A stretch of 64,000 nucleotides of DNA from contig CAMNLR010000149.1 in assembly GCA_946543465.1 (NCBI GenBank), positions 8,845 to 72,844 on the forward strand. Direction: 5' to 3'. This DNA comes from an uncultured Lachnospiraceae bacterium. Its GTDB lineage: Bacteria > Bacillota > Clostridia > Lachnospirales > Lachnospiraceae. Each line of letters begins with the position of its first letter. The stretch's first letter is position 1. Shown one piece after another: positions 30,369-39,971 of the stretch. The translations under genes were made by a program, and so were the position numbers. Below the pieces are notes generated by a model. The model was not told where the DNA came from. It was given only the letters and a program-made list of their open reading frames with translations, and did no database searches.

Positions 30369-31174
30369 TCTGGAAGACCTTCAGGAAATTGTTCCTGCTC
30401 CTTGTTCTTGTATTTCTGTATCTGCCGATCCTGATCCTGGCGGTATACAGCTTCACCGAGTCGACCAATATCGGTGCCATCCGCGGCTTCTCCCTGCACA
30501 ATTATGTGACACTGTTCACAACATCCGAACTCACTGACATGATCACAGGGACCATCACCCTGGCCCTTGCCGCAGCGGCCATTGCGACAGTGCTGGGAAC
30601 GATCGGTGCGATCGGCGCCTTCTACTCCAGAAAAAACGCCTCCAGGTTCATCACGACCCTGAACCAGATCCCCGTGATCAACGCGGACGTAGTCACAGGC
30701 TTTTCCATCTGCGTCCTCCTTGTTGTGGCGCTGAACATCAGCAAGGATTCCTATATCCCCCTGCTGGCAGGACATGTCACCCTGTGCGCGCCCTTTGTGT
30801 TTCTCTCGGTCATGCCCCGCATTCAGCAGATGGATCCCAGCATTTACGAGGCTGCCCTGGATCTGGGAGCGACGCCCTTCAAGGCTCTGACCCAGATCCT
30901 GATCCCGCAGATCGTGCCCGGTATCATCTCGGGATTTGCCCTGGCAGTCACACTTTCGCTGGATGACTACTTTATTGCCATGTACACCAAGCCGGCGACC
31001 TTCGATACCATCAGTACCTATGTCGTCAACGCCACCAAAGGTGCACAGACTACGATCAAGACTGCCCTCTGGGCTCTCTCGACCGTGATCTTCCTCATTG
31101 TGGTCCTGATCGTATTGGTCACCAACATCCGCTCTCTTCGGAAAGCGAACATGGAAGGAGGCCGCCGTGCATAA
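30365..31174 (+). CDS. potC: Spermidine/putrescine ABC permease
   Basis: FLYLPILIL..YSF, EAALDLGA and TLSLDDY motifs; GTGA overlap. Confidence 0.9.
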   Translation: MIWKTFRKLFLLLVLVFLYLPILILAVYSFTESTNIGAIRGFSLHNYVTLFTTSELTDMITGTITLALAAAAIATVLGTIGAIGAFYSRKNASRFITTLNQIPVINADVVTGFSICVLLVVALNISKDSYIPLLAGHVTLCAPFVFLSVMPRIQQMDPSIYEAALDLGATPFKALTQILIPQIVPGIISGFALAVTLSLDDYFIAMYTKPATFDTISTYVVNATKGAQTTIKTALWALSTVIFLIVVLIVLVTNIRSLRKANMEGGRRA

Positions 31175-32726
31175 GAAAAATCGTAAAAAAACTCTGTTCT
31201 CCTCCCTTTTAGCGCTCCTGTTCCTCATTGCCTTTGTGCCGGAGAGCCTGGCAAAAAGCCTGTCGGAGATCCTGCCGGCCGGCTGGGCGGATCAGCTCTG
31301 CCTGCAGGCGCAGGCAAGTGACACGATCACCCTGCGTGTCTGTAACTGGGAGGAATATATCGATCTGGGCGACTGGGACGAAGAGGAGACCATTGAACTT
31401 CCCTCCGGGGACATCATCGGCGAAAACTCCATGGTGGAAGACTTCGAGGAGTGGTACTACGAAACCTACGGCAAGCGGGTCAAGGTGGAGTATTCCACCT
31501 TCGGCACCAACGAAGATCTCTACAACATGCTGACTCTGGGAGATGTCTACGATCTGGTCTGTCCTTCCGAGTACCTGATCATGAAGCTGATGGCGGAGGA
31601 CGCCCTCGTTCCCCTGTCGGATGACTTTTTTGACACTGCGCAGGAGAATAACTATTACATCCGCGGCGCTGCCCCCTTTATCCGCCAGATGTTTGAAAAC
31701 AGCGAGATCGGCGGGGAACCCTGGGCCAAATATGCCGCAGGCTATATGTGGGGTGTCACGGGTCTGGTCTACAACCCCGAGATCGTGACCAGAGAACAGG
31801 CGTCCACCTGGAAGATTCTTGCGGATCCGGAATTTGCCCGCAAGGTGACGATCAAGGACAACGTCCGCGATGCCTACTTCGCCGCCGTCGGCGCCATCAA
31901 ATCCGATCTTCTGACTTCGGAGGAATTTCGCAGCGACCCGGATTATGCGAAAAATCTCGAGAGGGAGATGAACGACACATCCCCTGAGATGATCGCAAAG
32001 GTGCAGGACTGGCTCAAGGGAGTCAAGGACAATGTCTTTTCCTTTGAGACAGATGCCGGCAAGGCCGACATGATCACCGGCAAGGTCGCTGTCAACTACC
32101 AGTGGTCCGGAGATGCCGTCTACACCCTGGACCAGGCGGATGAGGACGACTACACACTCTGCTTTGCCGTCCCCGAGGAGAGCACCGACATCTACTTCGA
32201 CGGATGGGTCATGCTCAGGAGCGGAATCGGCGATGACGCACAGAGACAGCACGCGGCAGAGGCATTTATCAATTTCATGTCCCGCCCGGACAACGCCATC
32301 CGCAACATGTACTATATCGGCTACACCTCCGTCATTTCCGGCGGTGAGGATCCCCGCATGTTCGAGTATGCCCAGTACTGCTATGAGGCGGAGGACGACG
32401 AGGAGGAGACAGTCGAGTATGACCTGTCCTATTTCTTCTCGGAGGATCCGGACCAGGCGGACGGGGAGTATGTGATCGAGGCCCCGGCGGAACAGCTGGA
32501 GCGTCAGCTCTACGGCCAGTATCCGCCTGCCGACGTGATCGACCGCTCCTCGATCATGACCTATTTCAATGATGAACAGAATGAGCGGATCAATCAGATG
32601 TGGATCAATGTGCGCTGCTTCGATATCCGCAAAGCACCCTGGTGGAGCTGGATCCTGATCCTGGGGACACTGGTTCTCGTCGGAAGATATCTGATTATCA
32701 GGAGGCTGCGCAATAAGGGCAGATAA
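31167..32726 (+). CDS. potD: Polyamine ABC substrate-binding protein with C-terminal TM anchor
   Basis: NWEEYID, YDLVCPSEY, YMWGVTG and WSGDA motifs; operon position. Confidence 0.88.
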   Translation: MHKKNRKKTLFSSLLALLFLIAFVPESLAKSLSEILPAGWADQLCLQAQASDTITLRVCNWEEYIDLGDWDEEETIELPSGDIIGENSMVEDFEEWYYETYGKRVKVEYSTFGTNEDLYNMLTLGDVYDLVCPSEYLIMKLMAEDALVPLSDDFFDTAQENNYYIRGAAPFIRQMFENSEIGGEPWAKYAAGYMWGVTGLVYNPEIVTREQASTWKILADPEFARKVTIKDNVRDAYFAAVGAIKSDLLTSEEFRSDPDYAKNLEREMNDTSPEMIAKVQDWLKGVKDNVFSFETDAGKADMITGKVAVNYQWSGDAVYTLDQADEDDYTLCFAVPEESTDIYFDGWVMLRSGIGDDAQRQHAAEAFINFMSRPDNAIRNMYYIGYTSVISGGEDPRMFEYAQYCYEAEDDEEETVEYDLSYFFSEDPDQADGEYVIEAPAEQLERQLYGQYPPADVIDRSSIMTYFNDEQNERINQMWINVRCFDIRKAPWWSWILILGTLVLVGRYLIIRRLRNKGR

Positions 32727-32754
32727 TAAGAAAGATAATAAGAAATTTTAATGA

Positions 32755-32786
32755 TGCCGCCCGGCAGTGTCCGGGCGGCATTCTTT
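32755..32786 (+). terminator. Intrinsic terminator
   Basis: TGCCGCCCGG/CCGGGCGGCA followed by TTCTTT. Confidence 0.7.
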
Positions 32787-32996
32787 ATGGAGAGCATGCC
32801 GGACAGATGCCGATTTGCGGAATGTACTTGAAAAAATACATAAAATGCCATTGTTTTTTGAAAAAACAGTGTGTTTTGCCTTTTATTTTAGCTGTCAATA
32901 ATTCTTTAAAGGTGTTATTATGCAGGTGTTGCAGGGAAATGATAAGAAAGATAAAGAAAAGTTAGCTTTATTTACAAAAAAGAAAGAAGAGGTTTT

Positions 32997-34421
32997 ATGG
33001 GCGGTTTTTTCGGAGTGGCATCTAAGCAGGATTGCGTTTTTGACTTATTTTATGGAACCGACTATCACTCACATCTTGGAACGCGCCGCGCGGGCATGGC
33101 AGTTTACGACCGCACGAAGGGATTTGACCGCGCGATCCATAATATCGAAAGCTCAAACTTCAGACCCAAATTTGACAAGGATGTTCTTAAAATGGAGGGA
33201 CAGCTCGGAATCGGCTGTATCTCCGACTATGAACCCCAGCCGCTGATCGTGCGCTCGCATCTGGGCACCTACGCGATCACGACCGTGGGCAAGATCAACA
33301 ATTCAGAGGAGCTCATGTGGAAGCTCTTCTCCGGCACGCACTCCCACTTCCTGGAGATGAGCGGAGGGGATATCAACCCGACAGAGCTCACGGCCGCGCT
33401 CATCAACCAGGGCGACACATTTGAGGACGGCATCCGCTATGCCCAGGAGCTGATCCGCGGTTCCATGACCCTGATGGTCATGACCAAGGACGGCATTTAC
33501 GCGGCCCGCGACCGGCTGGGCAGAACGCCGGTGGAGATCGGCTGCAAGGAAGACAGCAGATGTATCTGTTTCGAGAGCTTCTCCTACCTGAATCTGGGCT
33601 ACCGCCACGAGAAGGAACTCGGCCCCGGCGAAATCTGCTTCGTCACCCCCGACGGCGTGGAGACAGTCAAAAAGCCCTTTGACAATATGCGGGTCTGCAC
33701 ATTCCTGTGGATCTACTACGGATTCCCGGCTTCCACTTACGAGGGGATGAATGTCGAATACGCGCGCTACGAGTGCGGCAAACATCTGGCACTGCGCGAT
33801 CTCAAGCGCGGACTTGCCAAGCCCGATATCGTTGCCGGCGTTCCCGATTCCGGCGTCGCCCATGCGGTGGGATACTCGAACACTTCCGGTGTTCCCTATT
33901 CCCGTCCCTTTGTAAAATATACACCCACCTGGCCCAGGTCCTTTATGCCTACGATCCAGAGCCGCAGAAACCTCATCGCAAAGATGAAGCTTGTGCCCAT
34001 CCATGAGCTGATCGACAACAAGAGCATGCTTCTCATCGATGATTCCATCGTGCGCGGCACCCAGCTGCGGGAGACGACGGAATACCTCTACAGGAGCGGA
34101 GCGAGGGAAGTCCATGTGCGTCCCGCCTGTCCGCCTCTTGTTTTCGGCTGCAAGTACCTCAATTTCTCCAGGTCGAACTCAGAGGGAGAACTCATTACCA
34201 GAAGAGTGATCGAGAAACTCGAGGGCAGCGTGGATCCGGCTCCCCATGTCCTCAATAAATATATGGATCCCGATTCCGAGGAATACGCGGCCATGCTCGA
34301 GGAGATCAGGAAGGAACTCAACTTCTCTTCCCTGCATTACCACAGGCTTGACGACATGATCGAAGCCATCGGGATTCCCTCCTGCAAACTATGTACTTAT
34401 TGCTGGAATGGAAGAGAGTGA
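32997..34421 (+). CDS. purF: Amidophosphoribosyltransferase-like protein lacking the N-terminal Cys
   Basis: GVPDSG, LIDDSIVRGT PRPP loop, RPACPP and terminal CTYCW Fe-S ligands. Confidence 0.9.
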   Translation: MGGFFGVASKQDCVFDLFYGTDYHSHLGTRRAGMAVYDRTKGFDRAIHNIESSNFRPKFDKDVLKMEGQLGIGCISDYEPQPLIVRSHLGTYAITTVGKINNSEELMWKLFSGTHSHFLEMSGGDINPTELTAALINQGDTFEDGIRYAQELIRGSMTLMVMTKDGIYAARDRLGRTPVEIGCKEDSRCICFESFSYLNLGYRHEKELGPGEICFVTPDGVETVKKPFDNMRVCTFLWIYYGFPASTYEGMNVEYARYECGKHLALRDLKRGLAKPDIVAGVPDSGVAHAVGYSNTSGVPYSRPFVKYTPTWPRSFMPTIQSRRNLIAKMKLVPIHELIDNKSMLLIDDSIVRGTQLRETTEYLYRSGAREVHVRPACPPLVFGCKYLNFSRSNSEGELITRRVIEKLEGSVDPAPHVLNKYMDPDSEEYAAMLEEIRKELNFSSLHYHRLDDMIEAIGIPSCKLCTYCWNGRE

Positions 34422-34466
34422 TCCGGGCGGCATTTCCATAAAAAGACAGCAGCATGCATCTGAAAC

Positions 34467-34504
34467 ATCCCTCGTTCTGAAAGAGCGGGGGATTATTTTT
34501 TTTT
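34467..34504 (+). terminator. Intrinsic terminator
   Basis: ATCCCTCGTTC/GAGCGGGGGAT followed by T tract. Confidence 0.65.
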
Positions 34505-34656
34505 CGGGTTTCATGTTTTTGCTGTCAGAATCTCGAAAAACTCGGCGAAAGGTGGTAGGATATATCTAACTGTGCTCTGCAGTCGGATCTGCAGGCGGCA
34601 ATACAAGCCCTCAGGTATCGAGAGGTACAGAGGAATACAAAGGAAAAGGTACGATC

Positions 34657-35922
34657 ATGAAAATCGCAGTCATATTATTTGTCCTCATGTATGTTCTGAT
34701 CATCTTTCTGCCCAGGTTCCGTATGCCCGCGGCACTGGTCACTGCAGCCCTGTTCATTGTGCTGGGGATTCTTCCCCTTCAGGCGGTGCCGGCGGCAGTC
34801 AACTGGAACGCGCTCATGATGATGTGCGGCACCATGCTGATCGTATACTTTTTTATCAACAGCGGCATGCCGGCAAAGATCGCAGATATACTCCTGGAGA
34901 AATCCGGCAATGTCCGGACGGTGACGATCTTAATGTCTCTTTTCGCGGGACTGATCTCCGCCTTCATTGACAATGTCGCGACGGTTCTGATCGTGGCGCC
35001 GGTGGCGATCGCGATCTGCCGGGAACTGAAAATATCACCGGTTCCCATGGTGCTCTCCATCGCCGTCTCCTCCAATCTGCAGGGCGCGGCCACCCTCGTG
35101 GGAGACACCACCTCCATCATGCTCGGTTCCTATGCAGAAATGGACTTCCTGGACTTTTTCTGGATGAACGGCAGACCCGGCATCTTCTTTGCGGTGGAAC
35201 TGGGAGCGCTGCTGACTGTTCCCGTCATGTTTTTCCTCTTCCGAAATGACACGGAAAAAATCTCGCACACAGGCGATGCAGAGGTGAAGACCTTTCTTCC
35301 CACCATCCTCCTCCTGCTGATGATCGCCATGCTGATCGGCGCCTCTTTCATACCGGATAAACCGGAGACGACCAACGGCCTCATCTGTATCGGTCTCGCG
35401 ATCGTGATGATCATTGCGGACGCCTTGCAGAAAAACAGCGCGGAGGGAGGCAGAAATGCCCTCAGGGCAGTGGATTATCAGACCCTTCTGCTCCTGTTCG
35501 GTCTCTTCCTGGTCATTGAGGGCGTCACACAGGCGGGTGTCATCGACCTTCTTGCGGATGTGATCGCAAGAGTGGGCGGCGAGAACAAATTTGTACTTTA
35601 TACGGTCATTGTCTGGGGGTCGGTTCTGGTCTCCGCCTTCATTGACAATATCCCCTATGTGGCGACCATGCTGCCGGTCCTCTCGGGAATCGCGGCCAGG
35701 ACGGGGTTCGATCCCTGCCTCCTGTATTTCGGACTTCTGACCGGGGCAACGCTGGGCGGCAATATCACGCCGATCGGCGCATCCGCCAATATCACCGCCG
35801 TGGGCATCCTCCGCAAAGAGGGATATGAAGTATCCTTCGGCCAGTTTGCCCGCATAGGCATCCCTTTCACTTTTGTTGCGGTAATGGGAGGATATCTGCT
35901 GATCTGGGCTCTGTGGTCCTGA
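34657..35922 (+). CDS. ArsB/NhaD/CitMHS-superfamily ion or anion transporter
   Basis: Twin SAFIDN motifs; GAATLVGD; LGGNITPIGASAN. Confidence 0.88.
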   Translation: MKIAVILFVLMYVLIIFLPRFRMPAALVTAALFIVLGILPLQAVPAAVNWNALMMMCGTMLIVYFFINSGMPAKIADILLEKSGNVRTVTILMSLFAGLISAFIDNVATVLIVAPVAIAICRELKISPVPMVLSIAVSSNLQGAATLVGDTTSIMLGSYAEMDFLDFFWMNGRPGIFFAVELGALLTVPVMFFLFRNDTEKISHTGDAEVKTFLPTILLLLMIAMLIGASFIPDKPETTNGLICIGLAIVMIIADALQKNSAEGGRNALRAVDYQTLLLLFGLFLVIEGVTQAGVIDLLADVIARVGGENKFVLYTVIVWGSVLVSAFIDNIPYVATMLPVLSGIAARTGFDPCLLYFGLLTGATLGGNITPIGASANITAVGILRKEGYEVSFGQFARIGIPFTFVAVMGGYLLIWALWS

Positions 35923-35941
35923 CCGGACAGATAACTTCGAG

Positions 35942-35977
35942 GCAGACAACTCTCTTAATGCAGACAACTCTCTTAAT
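35942..35977. repeat. Perfect 18-bp tandem duplication GCAGACAACTCTCTTAAT
   Basis: Two adjacent identical units directly before an RBS. Confidence 0.9.
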
Positions 35978-35991
35978 AAAGGAGTAAACAG

Positions 35992-37119
35992 ATGAAAAAA
36001 ACAGTGACCGGCATAATGATGACTGTCGTACTCTTGGCTATGACCCTGCTGTCTCTGACGGCATGCAATCTGAAGGCGGGAGGAAAATCGGACGCTTCGG
36101 GCGATTCCGCAACACAGACCGCAGAGGAGATCCTCACAGAGGAGCCGCTTGTGACGGAAGCAGAGGACGACGGCAAATACCACATCGGAATCCTGACTTA
36201 CCGCAATCACGGCGCTGCCGAAGAGACTGTAAAGGGTTTCAAGGAAGAGATGATCTCCCTTTTAGGAAGTGATAAGGTGGAGTTTGAAGAGATCGACGCC
36301 GAGGGCGACACACAGAAGTGCGCGGATATCGCCACGGGTTTCGCCAACAGCGGCTATCAGCTGATCTTTGCCTGCGGCACCGAGGCCGTGCAGAATGCGG
36401 GCGCCGCAGTGAAAGAGACACCGATCATCGGCGGATGTGTCAGCGACTATCTTCTCTCGGGCGTTGTGAGCTCTCTCGACGCACCCGGAGGAAATATCAC
36501 GGGCGTTTCCAGCATGGGACCCATAGATGAACAGATGAATCTGGTCGAGCAGATCACCCCCTGGCCGGTTTCCGTCGCGATCATCACAAGCGGCATTGAG
36601 ACCGGGTCCAGATTTGAGATGGATGTGGCAACCCAGGTCCTGGACGAGAAGGAGATTCCCTGGAAATCCTATAATGCGGCGACCGAGGAGGACCTGCGCA
36701 GCAGGATGAAGGAAGCGGCCGAAGAGTACCCCTGCATCTACCTTCCCACTGACAACTTCATCGCGTCGCATATGGATATTGTGCGCGATGTCGTCCTGGA
36801 GACCGGTGTGCTGGTCGTGACGGGTGATTATCAGATGTGTGCCGACGGCGGTCTGTGCTGCTGCAGCATTGATTACTATGAGCACGGCAGAAAAGCCGCG
36901 GGAATGGCCTATGCGGTCCTGGAGCAGGATGAGGAGATCTCAAGACTGTCGATCCAGGAGGAGACAGAGACCCAGCTCTTCTACAATCCTGCCGTCGCGG
37001 AGCGGATCGGCTGGTACAGCTACGGCAATATGGCGCCTCTGACCGTGTCGGAGGAGGACTATCCTGCACTTGACCAGGAGGACGGAGATACCCAGACGGA
37101 AGAAAGCTGGGAACAGTAA
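35992..37119 (+). CDS. ABC_sub_bind-family substrate-binding lipoprotein (aromatic amino acid type)
   Basis: Lipobox LTAC; PGGNITGVS, YLPTDN and DYYEHG motifs. Confidence 0.82.
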   Translation: MKKTVTGIMMTVVLLAMTLLSLTACNLKAGGKSDASGDSATQTAEEILTEEPLVTEAEDDGKYHIGILTYRNHGAAEETVKGFKEEMISLLGSDKVEFEEIDAEGDTQKCADIATGFANSGYQLIFACGTEAVQNAGAAVKETPIIGGCVSDYLLSGVVSSLDAPGGNITGVSSMGPIDEQMNLVEQITPWPVSVAIITSGIETGSRFEMDVATQVLDEKEIPWKSYNAATEEDLRSRMKEAAEEYPCIYLPTDNFIASHMDIVRDVVLETGVLVVTGDYQMCADGGLCCCSIDYYEHGRKAAGMAYAVLEQDEEISRLSIQEETETQLFYNPAVAERIGWYSYGNMAPLTVSEEDYPALDQEDGDTQTEESWEQ

Positions 37120-37134
37120 AGAAGGGTTTTATCT

Positions 37135-37818
37135 ATGAGACTGTTGCTTGCAGAAGACGAAGAGGCCATGTCCGAGGCGGTCGTTGACATACTGGAATAC
37201 CACCGCTATCAGGTGGATGCGGTCTACGACGGAGCGGAGGCTCTCGATTATATTCATGCGGGAGATTATGACGGCATCATTCTGGACATTATGATGCCTG
37301 TGAAGAGCGGTCTGGATGTGCTCCGGCAGATCCGCAGTGAGGGCTGCAGGACTCCGGTGCTGCTGCTGACAGCAAAATCGGAGATCGAGGACAGGATCGA
37401 AGGACTGGATCTGGGCGCGGATGACTACCTGACCAAGCCCTTCCATATGGGCGAGCTGCTGGCCAGAGTCCGCGCAATGCTGCGCCGCAGGGAGGAATTT
37501 ACCCCGGATATCCGCGCCTTCGGGGACATAACACTGAATCCCCGGACCAGCGAACTGAGGTGCGGGGAACAGTCAGTCAGCCTCTCACGCCTGGAGTGCC
37601 GTCTGATGGATGTCCTGATCCTCAACAGGGGGATCTATCTGTCCTCCGAGGAACTATTGGAAAAAGTCTGGGGCTATGACTCCGATGCGGATGTGGGCTC
37701 TGTCTGGGTCTACATTTCCTATCTTCGCAAACAGCTTTCAAAAGTGGGTTCCGCCGTGACCGTAAAGGCCAGGCGCGGAACAGGCTATATCCTGCAGGAG
37801 CCGCAGAACAATGGTTAA
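37135..37818 (+). CDS. OmpR-family response regulator
   Basis: LAEDE, LDIMMP, GADDYLTKPF and winged-helix VYISYLRK..RGTGY motifs. Confidence 0.95.
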   Translation: MRLLLAEDEEAMSEAVVDILEYHRYQVDAVYDGAEALDYIHAGDYDGIILDIMMPVKSGLDVLRQIRSEGCRTPVLLLTAKSEIEDRIEGLDLGADDYLTKPFHMGELLARVRAMLRRREEFTPDIRAFGDITLNPRTSELRCGEQSVSLSRLECRLMDVLILNRGIYLSSEELLEKVWGYDSDADVGSVWVYISYLRKQLSKVGSAVTVKARRGTGYILQEPQNNG

Positions 37819-39223
37819 AACGCTGCAAAGGAAATTCATCGTCGCGTCCATGCTGGCGGTCACGATCCTGCTGGCGACCCTGGTCGGAGCGATCAATATT
37901 CTCTACTGCTATTCTGTCCGGACACGTGAAAACAACATGCTGGAAATGCTCTGTGAGACAGACGGTCAGCCGGATGGACCCCGCGGATTTTCCGACACGG
38001 AGCGCAGAGCGGATATGCAGGATCCCGATGGCGCTCAGGGAGGCGAAGAAGCCCAGGAGGAAGATCCGGCCTCAGGCACGGAGCGCACCGGCACGCAGCA
38101 GGACCGGCAGTTTATACAGCGCGACGGACACAACGAAATGGACAGGCTGATCCGACGCGGACTCTCCATGGATGATGCACTCTCGGCGCGCTTTTTCGCA
38201 GTCTGGTTTGATGAAAACAAAGAGATTGTCCAAAAGGATACTTCCCGAATCTATGCAGTGACCGCCGAAGAGGCATCCGTGCTTGCCCGGGACATTCTTT
38301 TTCTGGGAAAAAGCTCCGGCGTCTATCAGGATTTCCGCTATATGATCCGGGAAAAGGATTCTTCGCGGGAAATACTGGTTGCCATGGACATATCCAGGGA
38401 CAGGGAGGATATGATCAGGATCCTCGGAATATCCGCGCTGATCGCCGCCGTCTGCTGGATCGCCATGCTGCTGCCTGTCCATGCACTGGCAAAGCGGGCC
38501 ATTGCCCCTACGGCCATGAGCATTGAGAGACAGAAGCAGTTCGTGACAAATGCCGGCCATGAGCTGAAGACCCCGCTTGCGATCATACAGGCCAATACCG
38601 AGGCCCTTGAGCTCTATACCGGGGAGTCCAAATGGACCCGCAATATCCGCGCGCAGACAGTACGTCTGAGCGGTCTGATGCAGAACCTTCTCACACTTTC
38701 CAGGATGGATGAGGATTCCCTGAATCTCGAGAAGAAGGCCTTTGCCCTCTATCCCCTCGCCGGGGAGGTATGGGAGAATTTCGCGGAGCCCGCGGCAGGC
38801 AGAAATCTTTCTTTCAGGATCATTGACGAAGAGAAGGAGGAGGCCAGGGTCCTGGCAAACCGCGAGAGTATTGCCCAGCTTCTCTCGATCCTGTACGACA
38901 ATGCCGTCAAGTATACGCCGCGGGGAGGGGAGATCGAGGTGCGGATCTGTTCCGCCGCGGACAGTGTGAGACTGATCCAGTCCAATACTGTCTCCGGGAT
39001 GGAAGGCGCAAAGGAAATTGCAGAGGATCCCAACCGCCTGTTCGAACGTTTCTACAGGACAGACTCCGACCGCAGCCGCAAAAAAGGAGGCTACGGAATC
39101 GGCCTTTCCGCGGCCAGGGCTATCGCCGCTGCCAACAGCGGCGCGATCTCCGCCGGGATCGGGGACGGCAGGATCCTGTTTACAGTGACCTTGAAAAAAG
39201 CAGCCCGGGAGCAGACTTCCTGA
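37811..39223 (+). CDS. Sensor histidine kinase
   Basis: Two TM helices; AGHELKTPL H-box, DNAVKY, FERFYR and GYGIGLS. Confidence 0.95.
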   Translation: MVKTLQRKFIVASMLAVTILLATLVGAINILYCYSVRTRENNMLEMLCETDGQPDGPRGFSDTERRADMQDPDGAQGGEEAQEEDPASGTERTGTQQDRQFIQRDGHNEMDRLIRRGLSMDDALSARFFAVWFDENKEIVQKDTSRIYAVTAEEASVLARDILFLGKSSGVYQDFRYMIREKDSSREILVAMDISRDREDMIRILGISALIAAVCWIAMLLPVHALAKRAIAPTAMSIERQKQFVTNAGHELKTPLAIIQANTEALELYTGESKWTRNIRAQTVRLSGLMQNLLTLSRMDEDSLNLEKKAFALYPLAGEVWENFAEPAAGRNLSFRIIDEEKEEARVLANRESIAQLLSILYDNAVKYTPRGGEIEVRICSAADSVRLIQSNTVSGMEGAKEIAEDPNRLFERFYRTDSDRSRKKGGYGIGLSAARAIAAANSGAISAGIGDGRILFTVTLKKAAREQTS

Positions 39224-39471
39224 TAAAAGCCGATAAAGGTTTGATAGCAAAATACCGCTGTGCATAACTGTATATATGTATAATTGTATAATTATTTGGC
39301 GAAATACGCTTTAAATGGCATTATCACCTATGCTATAATATTATGCGGATTAATGCCACGACGCATAAAAAACAACTATATTAAAAACAGATTACGGCAT
39401 CTGTGATAATCAGGGCCCACTGTCTGAAACAATTACAGAATATTTCAGTCGTGAACAGGAGGTTTCAGAAG

Positions 39472-39822
39472 ATGGAAAGCGGTATGACGAAAGCGGAGGT
39501 TTTAAAGAAGGTCATTCTGTCACAGTATAAGAGTGTGAGGCAGTTTGCAGTGGAAATGGATATTCCTTACAGTACTTTAGTGACAGCATTGGAACGGGGA
39601 ATAGAGGGCATGGCATACAGTACGGTGATCCGTATCTGTGACGCACTTTCTTTGAATCCGGTTGACTTTTCACCGCTTGAGGATGGAGACGGACTCTCTG
39701 CGCAGATCACTACCAAGAGGGTAATGGAACGTTATGACAGGTTCAACAGAGCCGGCCGTAAAAAGATTCTTGACATTATGGATGATTACAGCCAGATAGA
39801 AATGTATACAAAGCCGGATTGA
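39472..39822 (+). CDS. Small XRE/Cro-like HTH regulator
   Basis: YKSVRQFAVEMDIPYSTL..ALERG; AGGAGG RBS. Confidence 0.82.
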   Translation: MESGMTKAEVLKKVILSQYKSVRQFAVEMDIPYSTLVTALERGIEGMAYSTVIRICDALSLNPVDFSPLEDGDGLSAQITTKRVMERYDRFNRAGRKKILDIMDDYSQIEMYTKPD

Positions 39823-39971
39823 GCGAAACATGTCGGCGGGATTTGGCAGCGGGCATAAATTCCGTATCAGCAGCAGAGGCTCTGCTGCCGGAGGCCGTGC
39901 CTGCGCCGGCAGACATTTTCAGGACTCAATCTACCGGCCCTTGCTTATAAAAGCAGGAGGGAGATTTTGTA

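Noticed and set aside
39472-39822. Phage-repressor-like HTH as a prophage marker
   Set aside because: No phage genes nearby; treated as an orphan regulator
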